Assembly: GCA_907165135.1 (NCBI GenBank)
Contig: OU015569.1
Location: 5,952,001 to 6,016,000, forward strand
Origin: Oikopleura dioica
Lineage: Eukaryota; Animalia; Chordata
Direction: 5' to 3'
DNA length: 64,000 nt
Below, piece after piece: positions 52,166-64,000 of the stretch (positions are counted from its first letter, which is position 1; each line of letters begins with the position of its first letter). The notes below the pieces were generated by a model, which had not been told where the DNA came from, searched no databases, and saw only the letters and a program-made list of their open reading frames with translations. Both the position numbers and the translations under genes were made by a program.

Positions 52166-53491
52166 TAGGAGAGAGGAGTCATTGGGGAGCTACCCTTGAA
52201 GTCCTGAGCTTCAAAAGCTAGAAATCGAATAAAGCGAAGAACAACCACCGAAATAAGCACCTGTCACCACTGGGTTCGGCTGCGCAATCAGTGCCAAATG
52301 CTGATTAAGTTGCCGGGCTGCGCTATAATTAGAACATCAATACAACACACGAATCAGGGAGTTAAATGCCTTGAGAATGGTGGAATAGCGGAGTTCTTCA
52401 CAACGTCACCGTAGCAGCCATAACGGGGATAGGCGATGGGATTCACCTGGCGCGACATGTAGGAGATGCCTTCAATAGGCAAACTATCAGACTGGACAGC
52501 ACCAGCTTCTTCTACTCAAACAAAAATGGATAACCTAAAGCTGCGAGGACGAAACTCACCGTCGCTAGATATTTCTCCATAAATGATTATCGGCTGAGAC
52601 CGTGGCAGAATGATAACCCGATCGTCTTTATGCGACTCTGTTCGTGGACGTTTGCTCCGAATTTGGGATTGGCTGATGAAAATTTACAACTACTTGCACG
52701 TACCTGATTGACACACCATTAGGAACTTCATCCCAAGGTTTAATGAAGGAAGCCCGTTTATCAGGTTTATCAACCAAAAAATCATACCAAAACGCGCGTT
52801 CAATAAACCTTGTGATAAAAGGCAAGGAAGCTGATATTTAAACGTTTATTCGGTATTACAATGTTTTTGAGCAGTGTTTTAGTGTATTTTCGGGCAAGAT
52901 TTGTAATTTTTTCCTTATTGGACGCTTGGGATTCTTTTTCAACTTTAAATCAATGTGGGACTGTAGATCTTCCTTGATCGACGATGAGGAGTTTCGGTTC
53001 TTTGAGGTGGAGGGTACTTCATGATGATACGAATTTGACGGGCCTAGCTTGACTTGCGGATGATATTCCTTGCAGTGTGCTCGAAGACAGGCAGGTAGCA
53101 GCACCTTACGACAGACAGTACATTTGACCAGCGTAAAGGAGGACGCGTTCTATCCAAAAAATTAAGCGTTAGAAGAAAACGAGTAATCACCAGAGTCGTG
53201 AGCAGACGACGATCCTCGATGTTGCGAGGCGTTTCATTCGAAACGGCGTCAAGAAACTTCGACCTGGCATAGTCTTGCGTCGTCTTCGTTTCAAAAGCCA
53301 GGGTTATTACTTTTAAATCTTACGAGCTTTAGTGAGCAAGAGTAGTAAAAACCCCTAACAGATTTAGAAACAGCAGCATTCCAGTCTGCCCATGTTCGCT
53401 CCTTGAATCCGTCTATTTGCATCACAGAAGGGCTGACCTCGACCCCTTTGGAGAAATCCGATTTCTGTCTAAAACATTTTTCCTTCAGCAA
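52166..53491 (-). CDS. Divergent Ataxin-7/Sgf73-like protein (SAGA DUB module anchor)
   Basis: SPSVMQ...RTWADW resembles ATXN7 PSPEVMLGQSWNLW. FTLVKCTVCRKVLLPACLRAHCKEYH resembles the ATXN7 zinc finger FYLVVCxxCxQVVKPQAFQSHYERRH. Exon chain and ends uncertain. Confidence 0.5.
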
Positions 53492-53965
53492 AATTGAAAC
53501 TAAACAGTTGCATTATCAATTATAGACTAGAGGCAATTAAAAAAGAAACACTGCCCGTTCGGTTGCTCTCGGGGAAAAAGAATTAGACAAATTTGCTATT
53601 GTTAATTTTGAAGATTTACACAACTTACTTATCGACTTGACTATCCTTTGAAAGATCAAGTTTCGCGATGAGTACCTTTAATCTATTTAACCAGTTCTAA
53701 GCGTGATTCGAATGAACATCTATCGTAGGTGAAGGAATTGTTAAAAGATGTTTTGACGGGCTTGAAGTTTTCGAAATTCTAGTTTTAAACAGGCTTTACT
53801 GTAAGTAGGATCGTTAAGCATTTTTTCACTTTCAATCGTTGCCTTTCTATATTCAAGCAGGGCACAGAAGATAAAATATTTTTGAACAAGAAATACATGT
53901 AACAAGGTGGATTCAAGATTCTTAGATTCAATGGATAACAAACTTGTGAATGAAAGAAAAAAGTC

Positions 53966-55154
53966 TTATTTAACAGCGACAGCAGGCTTATCTGATTCGG
54001 TGGAGGGCTTCTCCGTCGTTGGCTTTGGCTTGATGTCGGAGGAGTTTTGAAGCTTGTTATTGATCAGGCCGTGGAGAGCGACGATCGACCGCACTAATGA
54101 GGCGAGATAGACAGGCAAAAGCTAAAATTTCATCGTTCAAATGGGCCTTTTGTTTCTGCTGCGCCTAATCACTGCATCGCAGATCAATAGCAAACGCGCT
54201 CTCAAGAATGGAGAAGCACCATCAATTATGCATCTACCTGGTCGTGAGTCTCCATGTGAAACGATTTCGTGAGTGGAATAAGATCTGGAACGAGCGAAAG
54301 GGCGTCCTGCAAGTTGTACAGGACTTGGTGGTTTGGAGGCAGCTTCCCGTCGACTACTTTTGTCAAATAGCCGTAGCACTGCTCGAGCTTTCCATGAAGT
54401 CCTCTGATCGACGCAAGTTGAGCAGAGATCTTCTGGCTAAAGGAATCGTTTTTTCGAATTGAAAGTAAACGGTTTGAATACCTAAGCGAACCGGCAGTTG
54501 GATTGTAAACATCTCGAAGAAGCTGCTCAACGCCGACTTCTTCTGCTTCCTCAGCACCGATCGCAGAAGAAATGTGTCTCCATGTCTTCTCAGCTGGCTT
54601 TCCATCGTCGCGGATATCAGCTTCAGCGACGTACGCCTCAGTCGGGAGGCCGCTGAATTAGCATAAATGTGCTCTCCTTATTTAAAATGGAATTACGTAT
54701 TATTGTCTGTTTTCGCAACGTCAATGACGGTTAAAGTGGCATCGTGGCCAGCTGGCATGTGCTTTTGAATCAACTCGTGGATTTTCATGTCGTTGGCTTT
54801 CAGTTTCGGGCCCGTGTGGTACCATCCAACGATGCGCTCTCGGGCATTGACTTTTTTGAACATCTAAAAGATCTCCTCATGTCTATGTGAATTTGTGTTC
54901 TCTACCGTAAACATAGTATCGAGATAATCGTGATCAAGGAACCAAATATCGCGATCCTTGCTGTCTTCGTCAAAGGGCAAGGCGAATGAGTTTGAGATGT
55001 CAAGCTCGCGGCCACCCATCGTCCACGTTCCCAAGAGAATTCCTACAACGCGTCCTGCGCCAGTCTTGCCGACTCGTGTGTAGTGATCGGTCACAGAAAG
55101 GAGGACCAGTGGGTGGACGACCACTTTCTCTAGCTTATTTTTCCCTGTCGACAT
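53966..55154 (-). CDS. PSMD7: 26S proteasome lid subunit Rpn8
   Basis: [16 protein letters not shown]...RVVGILLG...[10 protein letters not shown]...WFLDHDY...[21 protein letters not shown]...[20 protein letters not shown]. Confidence 0.97.
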
Positions 55155-55290
55155 TCTAAATAGAAAAGATTTATAAACATGTAGGTGATGAAAGATTTAG
55201 AACTTTAAGGCAGAAGAAATAGATATTGAAAACAGAAAAATATGAATGAAGAATCAACTGAATTGCACTTTTTAAATGAACATTTAGGAA

Positions 55291-57092
55291 TTATTGGACC
55301 CAGGGCCACCAGAAACCAGAGAAACCATCGGTTCGAGTTTCTGGGTTTGAATTAGGATCTGTGTGGGGAAAGTTTGGCCAAATGGCTGTTTGATTGTGAC
55401 GCGATAACAGATCGAGACCGACTTTAACGATGTCTGGATGGTTATCAGAAATGTCACTCTTCTCATACGGATCTTCTACGATATCGTAAAGCTGAACCAG
55501 ACGCGTGAGAGTTTCAGAAGAGGTAAGCATGCTATCTTCAAGTAATCTTTCCCAGACTGATTGCTTTTCTGCGCTTGTTTCTGGGGAGAATTGAAGCTTT
55601 TTCTGATTCCCCTCTGGAGGAGGGATATTTCCATCTGGGACACCGTAAGCTGGATCTCCCGTTAGCAATTTCCAGCGACCGTATCGAACAGCTATTATTA
55701 CGATTCAAAGTAAATCAATTAATAATCTGACAGTTTTTTACCTGACTGAGAGTTGATATTGAATTCCGAAGTTTCAGCGAGCTTCCGAACCCACTGTCTC
55801 TCGTCTTCGCCCTTGACTGTTTTCAGCGGGTCAATATTGTGAATGATCGACTGTCGAGGCGGAGAACTGTTGTTAAGGAGAGCCTGCCACTGACTCATGC
55901 CATCTAGATCGTCTTTGTCGGCTGGAGGTTTGCATTCCATCGCTTCAAGTATTGTCTCGCGCCAGTCGGATACGTGGATGAGCCCGTCAAATTTAGATTT
56001 GCCCTGTTCCTTTATCAGGCCGCCTGTAATTATTTTATTAATCGATCGCTCTATCATTTTTATTCAGTTCGACGTCACCCGATAACATGGCGTTGACATG
56101 GACACCTCCTTCGTAAAGCGACCATTTTTGCGAGCGCAGGGGGAAGTTATTCCCTCCAGAACGCGTTTCGCCACCGTTATCAGCTGTAATGATGATAAGC
56201 GTGTCGTCGTAAAGATTTCGCTCATGGAGCATTGTTATAAAATCGCCGACAGCTTCGATTCAGTTCATAAATTTATACATTAAATGACTTTTAAGACGGA
56301 TCTTTAACTGTTCCTTCGTCCATGATAGAGATCATCGCAGCGTATGTTCTTCTATCTGGGTCCTTAATCCAGTCGTACTTAATTTTGTAGTGCTCCGGTG
56401 CTTGTAATGGATCATGAACATTTTGCATCGCATAATACAGGAAGAATGGCTTTTTGTCTTCAACGACTGTATCGAGCACTTGGGCAACACGTGCTGAGTA
56501 AATTTCCGTTCCATAAGTTCCCCAAGTCGAGTTCGTTGGGCCATTTTCGGTACAGAAGTCCACGCCACACCAATTCTTCGCCTGACATTGGATTCGCGAG
56601 TAGTGATCTTCTGCTCCTTGGAGGTATCCGTAATAACTGTCGAAGCCCCGATTGAACGGGAGCATGTATTCGTGCGAATGGCCACAGTGCCACTTTCCAA
56701 CCATATGAGTTGCGAAGCCGCACGACTTCAGATCCTGCGGGAGAAGAGTGTACTCTTTTGGAATTCCCGTCGTTTGCCCGGCGAGAATGACATTGTGCTG
56801 CATTCCATAACGAAGGGGATATCGGCCAGTGAGCATGGACGATCTGGTCGGAGAACAGACCGGCTGCGTGTAATACTTTTCAAGAATGATTCCATCTCGC
56901 GCGATCGCGTCCAAATTTGGCGTTTCAAGCTTCGAACCGTGAATCCTAATATTCGAATAACACTATTTCTTTTCACGAAAAGAAAGCTTACCCGAAGTCA
57001 CCCCAGCCGAAATCGTCGATCATCAAGTAAACTACATTTTTGCTCTGGACAAGGCATACGCCCGCCGCGAGGATGGACCTAACAAGCCTCAT
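55291..57092 (-). CDS. Arylsulfatase (ARSB/I/J-like), secreted or lysosomal
   Basis: Signal peptide, DDFGWGD, formylglycine motif CSPTR..LTGRY, VGKWH.G, RGFD, DNGG...GNNFPLR. Confidence 0.95.
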
Positions 57093-57692
57093 TCAGCCGC
57101 GCTCCAAGTCGTTTTTTTTTCGTTTTGTGCGCAGCCAGCAAAATAAATTCTCCTTCGCGAGTCGACTTCACGCCGAAACGAGAAAGAGAAAAATAAACAA
57201 TTTTATTATTATATTTTCAAACAAAGGGATTTTCGAGCGATTGGCCTACGATTAGCGACCGTGATACGATCGCTAGTAGGTTAATTACTGAAACGATCCC
57301 TTTTGTAGTAGATTTCTGAGCGAATCATGCCCCTGGGAAGGTGGTCGATTGGCCAATCATAGAGAAGCGTCGCCCTAGAAACATTCTTCTCACAAAAACT
57401 GTCCGAGATGAAATAATGATTATCCCTTTTGCGAAAAAACACAGTTGTAGCGTTAATTTTGGATATTTATTAATTAAAACAGGTTTATTAAAATATGTTC
57501 TACTGGAATGATATGGTAAACAGAGAAGTTATTAACTTAAAATGCGGTTCAAGAACTTAGAAGAAACTTAAACGAGAAAATAAATAGTTAAACAGAAAGA
57601 ACGCGCTTCTGGAATTCTGGCGCTTGAGATAGTTGAATTGATAGAGGAGACGTCCAGGAGATTACAGGGAGGATCGGAGCTGCTTGGAGAGG

Positions 57693-59500
57693 CTATCCGC
57701 GTTTGGATGCGGCTCGTTTGACCGTCACAGCGTGGCTGAAAATACACGACGAGCCGTATTGGCATTTGCCAGTGTATTTCCAGCGGCGACAAATCTAAAT
57801 CGTTGATCAGTAAAAGAAGTAGAGTCTCAATCAATAGAGTCGACGATTCAGGCCACCCCTTTATTTATCGGTTTACGCCATAATTTCGGATGAAAAACTA
57901 CTCTAATAAAGCTAAAAACGTGTATAAACTGAAAGATATATGCGTAGAAGTCAAGAGTTCTTATTGGTAAATGAATGATAATTTACTTTTATAGCGGTTT
58001 CCGGGTCACCCTGAGTCTTCTGCTTTTGCTTGGGGGTTGTATCGTCGCTTTCGCTAGGCGCTTGGAGTGCGGCGACTCTGGGCGTAGTTTTGAACTCTGG
58101 CTGGATGACGGACCCAGATTGCGGGGTTGATTGCGTTGGGGTACTGGGCGCAGGCCCCTTGGAATGGGAAAAACAGCATCGGTCGCCATACACACAACTT
58201 CCAGTATCTTGGAAACTTCTACAAAGTTTTGTCCGATACTAGAATGTTTATATTTTCTTATCATATAATACTCTTTGGCAGACATTTGATTATATAATAA
58301 AATGCGCGTGATTACCTTGGGATGCTTTGTGATGTCATAGCTAAGATCGTTGGTTCCATGCGCGAAGTCGCATTTTTCGCCATAAGGGCAACTTCCGCGT
58401 TCCATGAAGGTTCGGCAAAGACGAGTTTTGTAAAGAGATGGGACAGAATGCTTTGCTTGTCTGTGTTCGTCTTTTTCGTGGACGAAGTTGCACTACAGAA
58501 TATCTCTTACACAAAAATGAATAGATAGACTTACCCGAACACCGTAGGGACAGAAGCCAAGAGTATGGAAGGTAATGCACTGCTCGGTTTTGTACTTGTT
58601 GTGGCGCGGGCGAACGAGAGGCCTTAGTTCATGTTCTCCGTGCGCGAACAAACAGCGCTCGACGTATTTACAGGTTCCGAATTGCCAAGAGCGGCAGAGC
58701 TCAGTTTTGTAGAGCGAATTCATTTGCGCATTTGCAGCTTGTGCGTGTGCCGTTAGCATGGGCTGTCCGGAAAAGACCGAGTTCGGAACAAGGATGAATT
58801 GCTGGCCGCCTTTGGTCATTAGACTCAAGTTTTGGAAGAGATCGTTTGCCTCGATCTGCTGTTGACGGTTTGACGATGAAGACGAAGATGAATCCGATAA
58901 GACTGCATTAGTAACTTCAGCTGCTGTAGCTAAATTGAATGTAGAAGGGCTTTTTTAATGTGAATGTTTACCTTCACAAGCGATTCGGTCTGGAAGCGAA
59001 GTTACAGATGGACCGTCGAGCTCTTTGATTTTGTTTGGCGAGGGAGAAACCGAGCCAGGCGAGGTTGAGGAAATTTCAATCTGCTGGTTGGTTGGTGTTC
59101 CCGGCCGAAGTCCAGTGCCGATCGGATTTGAATTGGCATTCGCGATTGCATCGGCCACCGCGGCTTCATCAATCGTTTCACCTTCGCAGTGCGAAAACAC
59201 CGAGTCCACGCTACAAAAACAAACAATAACACTAGAAACGAACGGAGACACACACACCTGACCTGCGCCGCCAGGATCGGGTTGGTGGCAAGAGTTTTTA
59301 GTCCAAGGCTGGCCGTCCGTTTCAAGTCACTTTCTTCAATTTTGGACAGGTTTGTCACGGGATTCGCGAAAACCTCGGGGTCAAAAGCGCCCGACGGAGT
59401 TTTGTGCTGAAATCGACTGTTCAACCCAAACGAATGCGAAAACAGGACTTACAGGGAATCTTCCAAGACCTTCGGGCTTAACCCATTGACTGTTCTCCAT
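57693..59500 (-). CDS. ZFP36/TIS11-family CCCH RNA-binding protein with five zinc fingers
   Basis: YKTELC..., YKTEQC..., YKTRLC... and HPK|YRTKLC... fingers, plus a terminal exon [21 protein letters not shown]. Confidence 0.9.
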
Positions 59501-59841
59501 TTGTAAAAGCCGATTCGCCTTTGTTATGACTTCTGAGCTTTAGAGTAGCCAGAAAAAAGCGGTGCAAAATCGACAAACAGATGGGGTAGAATTTTCAAAC
59601 TGATTTCGAAAACTAATATGCTCTCAAGTATTATTGAAAATCTAGAAAGCAGCGAATGTGTTTGTTCTCTGAATGCAGTTATGGAGTGATATGCTGAAAA
59701 AGGCAACCGAAACCCCACTTTATCAGGACAAAATCAACTCCCGCCTAGAGCCAATTTTTCAGATGATCGTGATAAAGGAAACCCATTTTACTGAAAATGT
59801 AATTTTTTTTCATCTTTTTCAGAAGCAATTTTAGAAAATTT

Positions 59842-60690
59842 TTATCTTTTATTTGATTTGTAACCAAAATAAAAGGAAGTGACAAGCCCCGCGGAGGGCA
59901 GAAATGTCCAAAAAATCACATCAAAGCGAGAAATCTTCTTTTCCGCAATTGCTCTTCCAGTTCCATCGAAATGACATCTTGGAGATTCGTACTCAACATG
60001 ATGGATCAGCTCTAGAGCGCGTTCACATTGAGTTTTCGTGCAAACAATAGCTGTTTTGTGATCTTTTACGGCAGTTTCTTCCTATTTAGAGTATAGCCAA
60101 TAAGTCCGTTTCCTGAACAGTATTTATTCTGATCGCACATTCCAGCGAGATGAACTTCGTCGTGGTATAAAACTGCTTTCTCCATTTCTTCTCCGATGGA
60201 CGCAAAAATCGTTGTGCAGTAGCTTTTAGAGGCTCCAAAAGCGAACATTGATTTTGGGCATTCATTCATTTATGTTTTTGGAACTCTATCAATGGGCATG
60301 GTGGCAGTCGTTTGGCGTCTCTTCTTTTAGAAATTCCACGTTTGTCTTGTGACTCTCAGCGCAAAAGTCGGGCCAGCCGGTTATGTTGTGAATTTGACAG
60401 GGCGTTTCGGAGAAGTGCTTTGTCTTCATAAATGGTGCTACTGTTGCCACTGTCTTTACGAACGCCATGCAGGACACGATGAATGTCACTGCGGAGATGG
60501 CGTGTGTGATTTGGTGCCTTGCCGAACGCTGAAAACCCTTTTCGTAAAAATGGAATGTAAATGCGAATGCTGACAGCGTTTCCTTTGTTCTACTGCATTT
60601 TCAAGCTCTTGAAGAAGATTCAAGTTCTTCCTTCTGATGCTTTCTCTGGCCGTCGAATGATAAACTGGAAAATTCTCCTCGACCACGGAG
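59842..60690 (-). CDS. Two-TM protein resembling BK (Slo1) channel beta subunits (KCNMB family)
   Basis: TM1, then PF.....ETPCQIHN...C...C...YCTTIFASIGEEMEKAVLYHDE...CS...C...CHFD...KKISRFDVIFWTFLPS in TM2. Start unresolved. Confidence 0.6.
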
Positions 60691-62808
60691 TTTCTCGACT
60701 TTTAACGGCTTTCCACATTTTTGCTTAGACTTAATTTCTATAATCGTATGAGAGCCATGTCATGACACGTTGACGGAGCAAGGACTGAAATATGTTTGTC
60801 CCTGCTTTCCATTTTGACTGAATTATTTAGTAAATGTAGATTCATACGATATTCAGAAGACTGCTATCGACTGTTATCCAACTTTCAAGAAAGAAACTCA
60901 ATTTACAATTACCTCGCTCATTCAGCCGATAAGAGAGTACAGTTTTTGTCTTTTTTTTAAATATTCTCTTGTAGAATTTTCGTTCGTAGAATCTTTTTTT
61001 TTTTTTGGAAAAAAATGCGATTTGGATCGAATTATTCTATTCTCAAGATAATGCTAATCGGTTAATTGAATTGAAGGCTTTATTACCGATACTCATCAGC
61101 GCATTATCCCTCCCCATATGCAAGCGAGATCTACGTATGAATATAACAGGATTACGCTCATGATAATCGCTTAAAATGTATCGCTACAGCATCAATATCA
61201 ATTACCGAGTGCTTCCGTCGGTTGGGCACTCGTCCAAAAGTCGTTATATATTCAGACGAAATTTTCGATGGTTCTTCATTTTGAACGTTTTCGAAAGTAT
61301 TTCAAGGACTTGATTGAATCATTTCGTCATTTCGGAAAATCGCTATTTCGAAGGCAGTGTGACGAAGTCGCATAAAACGGATGCGCCGCATAAGACCCAA
61401 GCACTGTCGGATAAAGCCCTTATCGACAACAACTTCTCGATGTGTTTATTGACTACGCGTTTTCAGTATTTTAATGCTGCAAAGAAACTAAATCCGCTTC
61501 CATCTTTCCAGACAATGCGAAATGGGAGATCTTCCTGTTCAGAAGATCGAAACTGAGTCAACATTCTAATCTTACAGTGTTGAATACGACGCACCTGCTC
61601 AAACGTAATTTAAACGGCTCTTCCGGGCAAGTTCAACTCAACTATACAATGCTAGTTACTTTTTGAAACAGAGAAACGATTCTTTTTCCACAGGAATGTT
61701 TTCTAGCCACAGTGAACATTTATTAACTTGCTTGAGGAACAATCGAAAATTCATTTTCTGAGAAGAAAACGGGCGGATTTTTTGTAACAAAACGAAAACT
61801 GCCGCCGGAAAGGCGTAAAAGTTGTTGTAACTATGGTGGAATAGTTGTCGTGAAAGGCTAATCGAGAGCGATACTGTCGAGTCAATATTTAAACGTAATT
61901 TCACTTCCCTTGAGCCCCTGCTTTGGTTTTGATATTATCGAAAAAGATGTTGACTTGAGAAAACAAGAGTTTTTTACGAAGGCATAAGCATTGATCAGTG
62001 AGAGATCAGAACTCGCATCAGAGAGAAAAGAAAATGTTAGTGAAAACAAATCAGCGCGTCCAAAGAAGTCCATACATGATTAGAGGGAGTACTTTCATTG
62101 GATTGACGAGGTAAATCATCGTCTCGCAGCTGTTAATTGTGTACCTTTTCCTTCGAAAGCCCCTTTTCCGTAAAGCCATGCTTTGTTTCTTAGCAAACAG
62201 AACTTGGCAATTTTGGCACTGATTGAGAGTCAACAAATAACTGATATGCATTCACCGCATATTTGATTTTCAGAGGGGAATTTCTTTCTAGAAAATCTTT
62301 ATAACACCGACTCCTCTAACCCTCTGAAACACTATCTAGTGAAAATAGGGTCGGCCCAAAACGTCGCTTCTGCTGGTGCATGGGGGCCCAAAACGTCTTT
62401 TTGGCCACGTCAACTGATTCAAAAATTGAATCTGGAAAGTCCAGAAACACTAGCTTGCTCTGGTTGGCGGTGCAATTTTCTAGATTTAACATTTCTGCTA
62501 GGGTTACGTGGCCAAAAGGACGTTTTGGGTCACACATGCAGCAATTGGACGACGTTTTAGACCACCTCTACTTTAATATGAAAAACATATTTATTCATTA
62601 TAGCATTTTTATGTTGAGTTCAGAATGCTTTAGCTGAAATCATGCCTATAAACAGGGCACGCTGCGAGAGAAATTTAATTCCTAGAGCGTGTCTTTCGCC
62701 CCTAATCCTCGTGTATGCATAGAAAAATCTTTCGAAATCCTTGCTCAATTATTAACGTGTCAAGAGTAAGACTTTCTAACCGGAAAAAGATGTGTCTTAT
62801 CCAACATA

Positions 62809-63300
62809 GATGATACTGTATCATAGAACACCAACATACACTCGTCTTGACGATGCTCAGAAGAAGCCATCGAGAGTAAAGAGCGCGCCCGCTAGAAATG
62901 CACCGAAAAGACCCAAATCAGCTTGGGCGGGAAGAAGAGAGCAGCTTTTATCGAGAATTAGAGATGACAGGAACGACTTCAAAACAGTAAGTTCTTGATT
63001 TTAGGCGACAGTCAAGAAGTCCGATAAAGTTGGAGTGAAAGGAATTTTATCAAATGTACAGAACAGCAAAACAAAGAACATACAAAACCCGACTTAGAAA
63101 ACGCCTCAACAGGAATCGGTTTCAATTCAAACGGAATAAGAAAGGGTCAGTCAGTTTCTTTCTCGTTTCACTGCAGTTAATTTGCAATTTGAGATCGTTT
63201 CAAAGTCGCACTAGAAGAAACTTCGTCTAAGAATGGTACCTTCGGTAAATACAACTTTAATCCCAAGAGCTCTTTATCGTTACTATCGTAGCCGTATCAC
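62809..63300 (+). CDS. Hypothetical basic protein, partial model
   Basis: Exon-like RLDDAQKKPSRVKSAP...RPKSAW... ending at a GT donor, with more exon-like blocks downstream. Not recognised. Confidence 0.3.
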
Positions 63301-64000
63301 GACCATGCTCGTCATTTGGAAGTATTTCCGAGAGCGAGTTCCTCGAGGAGGATTTGCCCTTGGATAAGGAGTTGATAAATGGCATTGAACCTGTCAATTG
63401 CTTAAAAGAGGATTAATAAGAATATCTGCCGTCTTGTTTATTAGCTCCATAAAGACCTCGAATCAAGAGGGATAAGTTTTTCATCGGCTGGAGGCTTGGG
63501 ACCAAGCTCAGCGGGCGGATGGCGACGACTAAGTGCACTCATAAAAGGTGAACCATGCAAAGGTACAAGGACAGTTTCACACGGCTCTTGGAGTATCTGT
63601 CGATACTACAACAAATCAATTCGCTTCTCATATTTGCACCTGAAACGATTTTATTCGCGAAAGCGGAAACATCGCCGCAATCAAATAGAGAGTCATAAAT
63701 TGATTCCGCTAAGTAGCGTGTGGAAATAATTCATTGCTTGATCTCGACGTGAGCAAATGGTTTGCTGTCAACTCATTTCACTATGTTTAGTAAATTCTGC
63801 ATTTCGTGAAAGCTTGAATTCTCCAGCCAGTTCCTCGAGGAGAAGTGTGCGCTCCAGCCGCTCCAGGAACAGAGAAGCTAATCATATCATAGTCCCTTGA
63901 GGAAATCAAGAAAGAATACTTTGCAACTCTGACCAGACGATCTATTCAGTCGAGGATGAGAAACCTTACTTCTGGAGCCAATTCGGTCATTTTCGAGAAG

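Noticed and set aside
51900-53900. LINE retrotransposon remnant with a zinc-knuckle ORF1
   Set aside because: No RT or endonuclease motifs; the short spliced exons and ATXN7-like finger favour a host gene.
61000-64000. Additional minus-strand genes near 61000-62600 and 63700-64000
   Set aside because: Exon-like fragments exist, but no family or coherent frame could be supported.

Overview
This is eukaryotic DNA from a very compact animal genome: introns are mostly 30-60 nt, genes are tightly packed, and unpaired AG acceptors sit just before many ATGs. I infer the larvacean tunicate Oikopleura dioica or a close relative. No prokaryotic features, rRNA, tRNA or CRISPR arrays were seen. About 25 spliced genes can be read: D-glutamate cyclase, a RING protein, an NHE/SLC9A exchanger, Rab23, a long coiled-coil protein, a Fos-like bZIP, a Phactr-tail miniprotein and a secreted protein, followed by a ~30 kb run of minus-strand genes (KCNMB-like, five-finger ZFP36-like, arylsulfatase, PSMD7, ATXN7-like, SRRT/ARS2, MARS2, MBLAC1, SERINC, GTF2E2, ARPC2, RPL14, UBE2D, RRM2, HP1-like, CDK2AP1). 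That run looks like several SL-trans-spliced operons. Four non-autonomous DNA transposons with visible TIRs and TSDs are present (Harbinger-, hAT-, Merlin- and Kolobok-like), plus a fold-back minisatellite. The most notable observations are a BK-channel beta-subunit-like gene in an apparent invertebrate chordate, a non-canonical Rab23 intron bounded by inverted repeats, a hAT element carrying an 11-copy hairpin array, a stand-alone Phactr PP1-binding module, and a putative operon linking ARS2 with MBLAC1. Gene coordinates span introns and were read by eye. Family assignments come from remembered motifs, not database searches.
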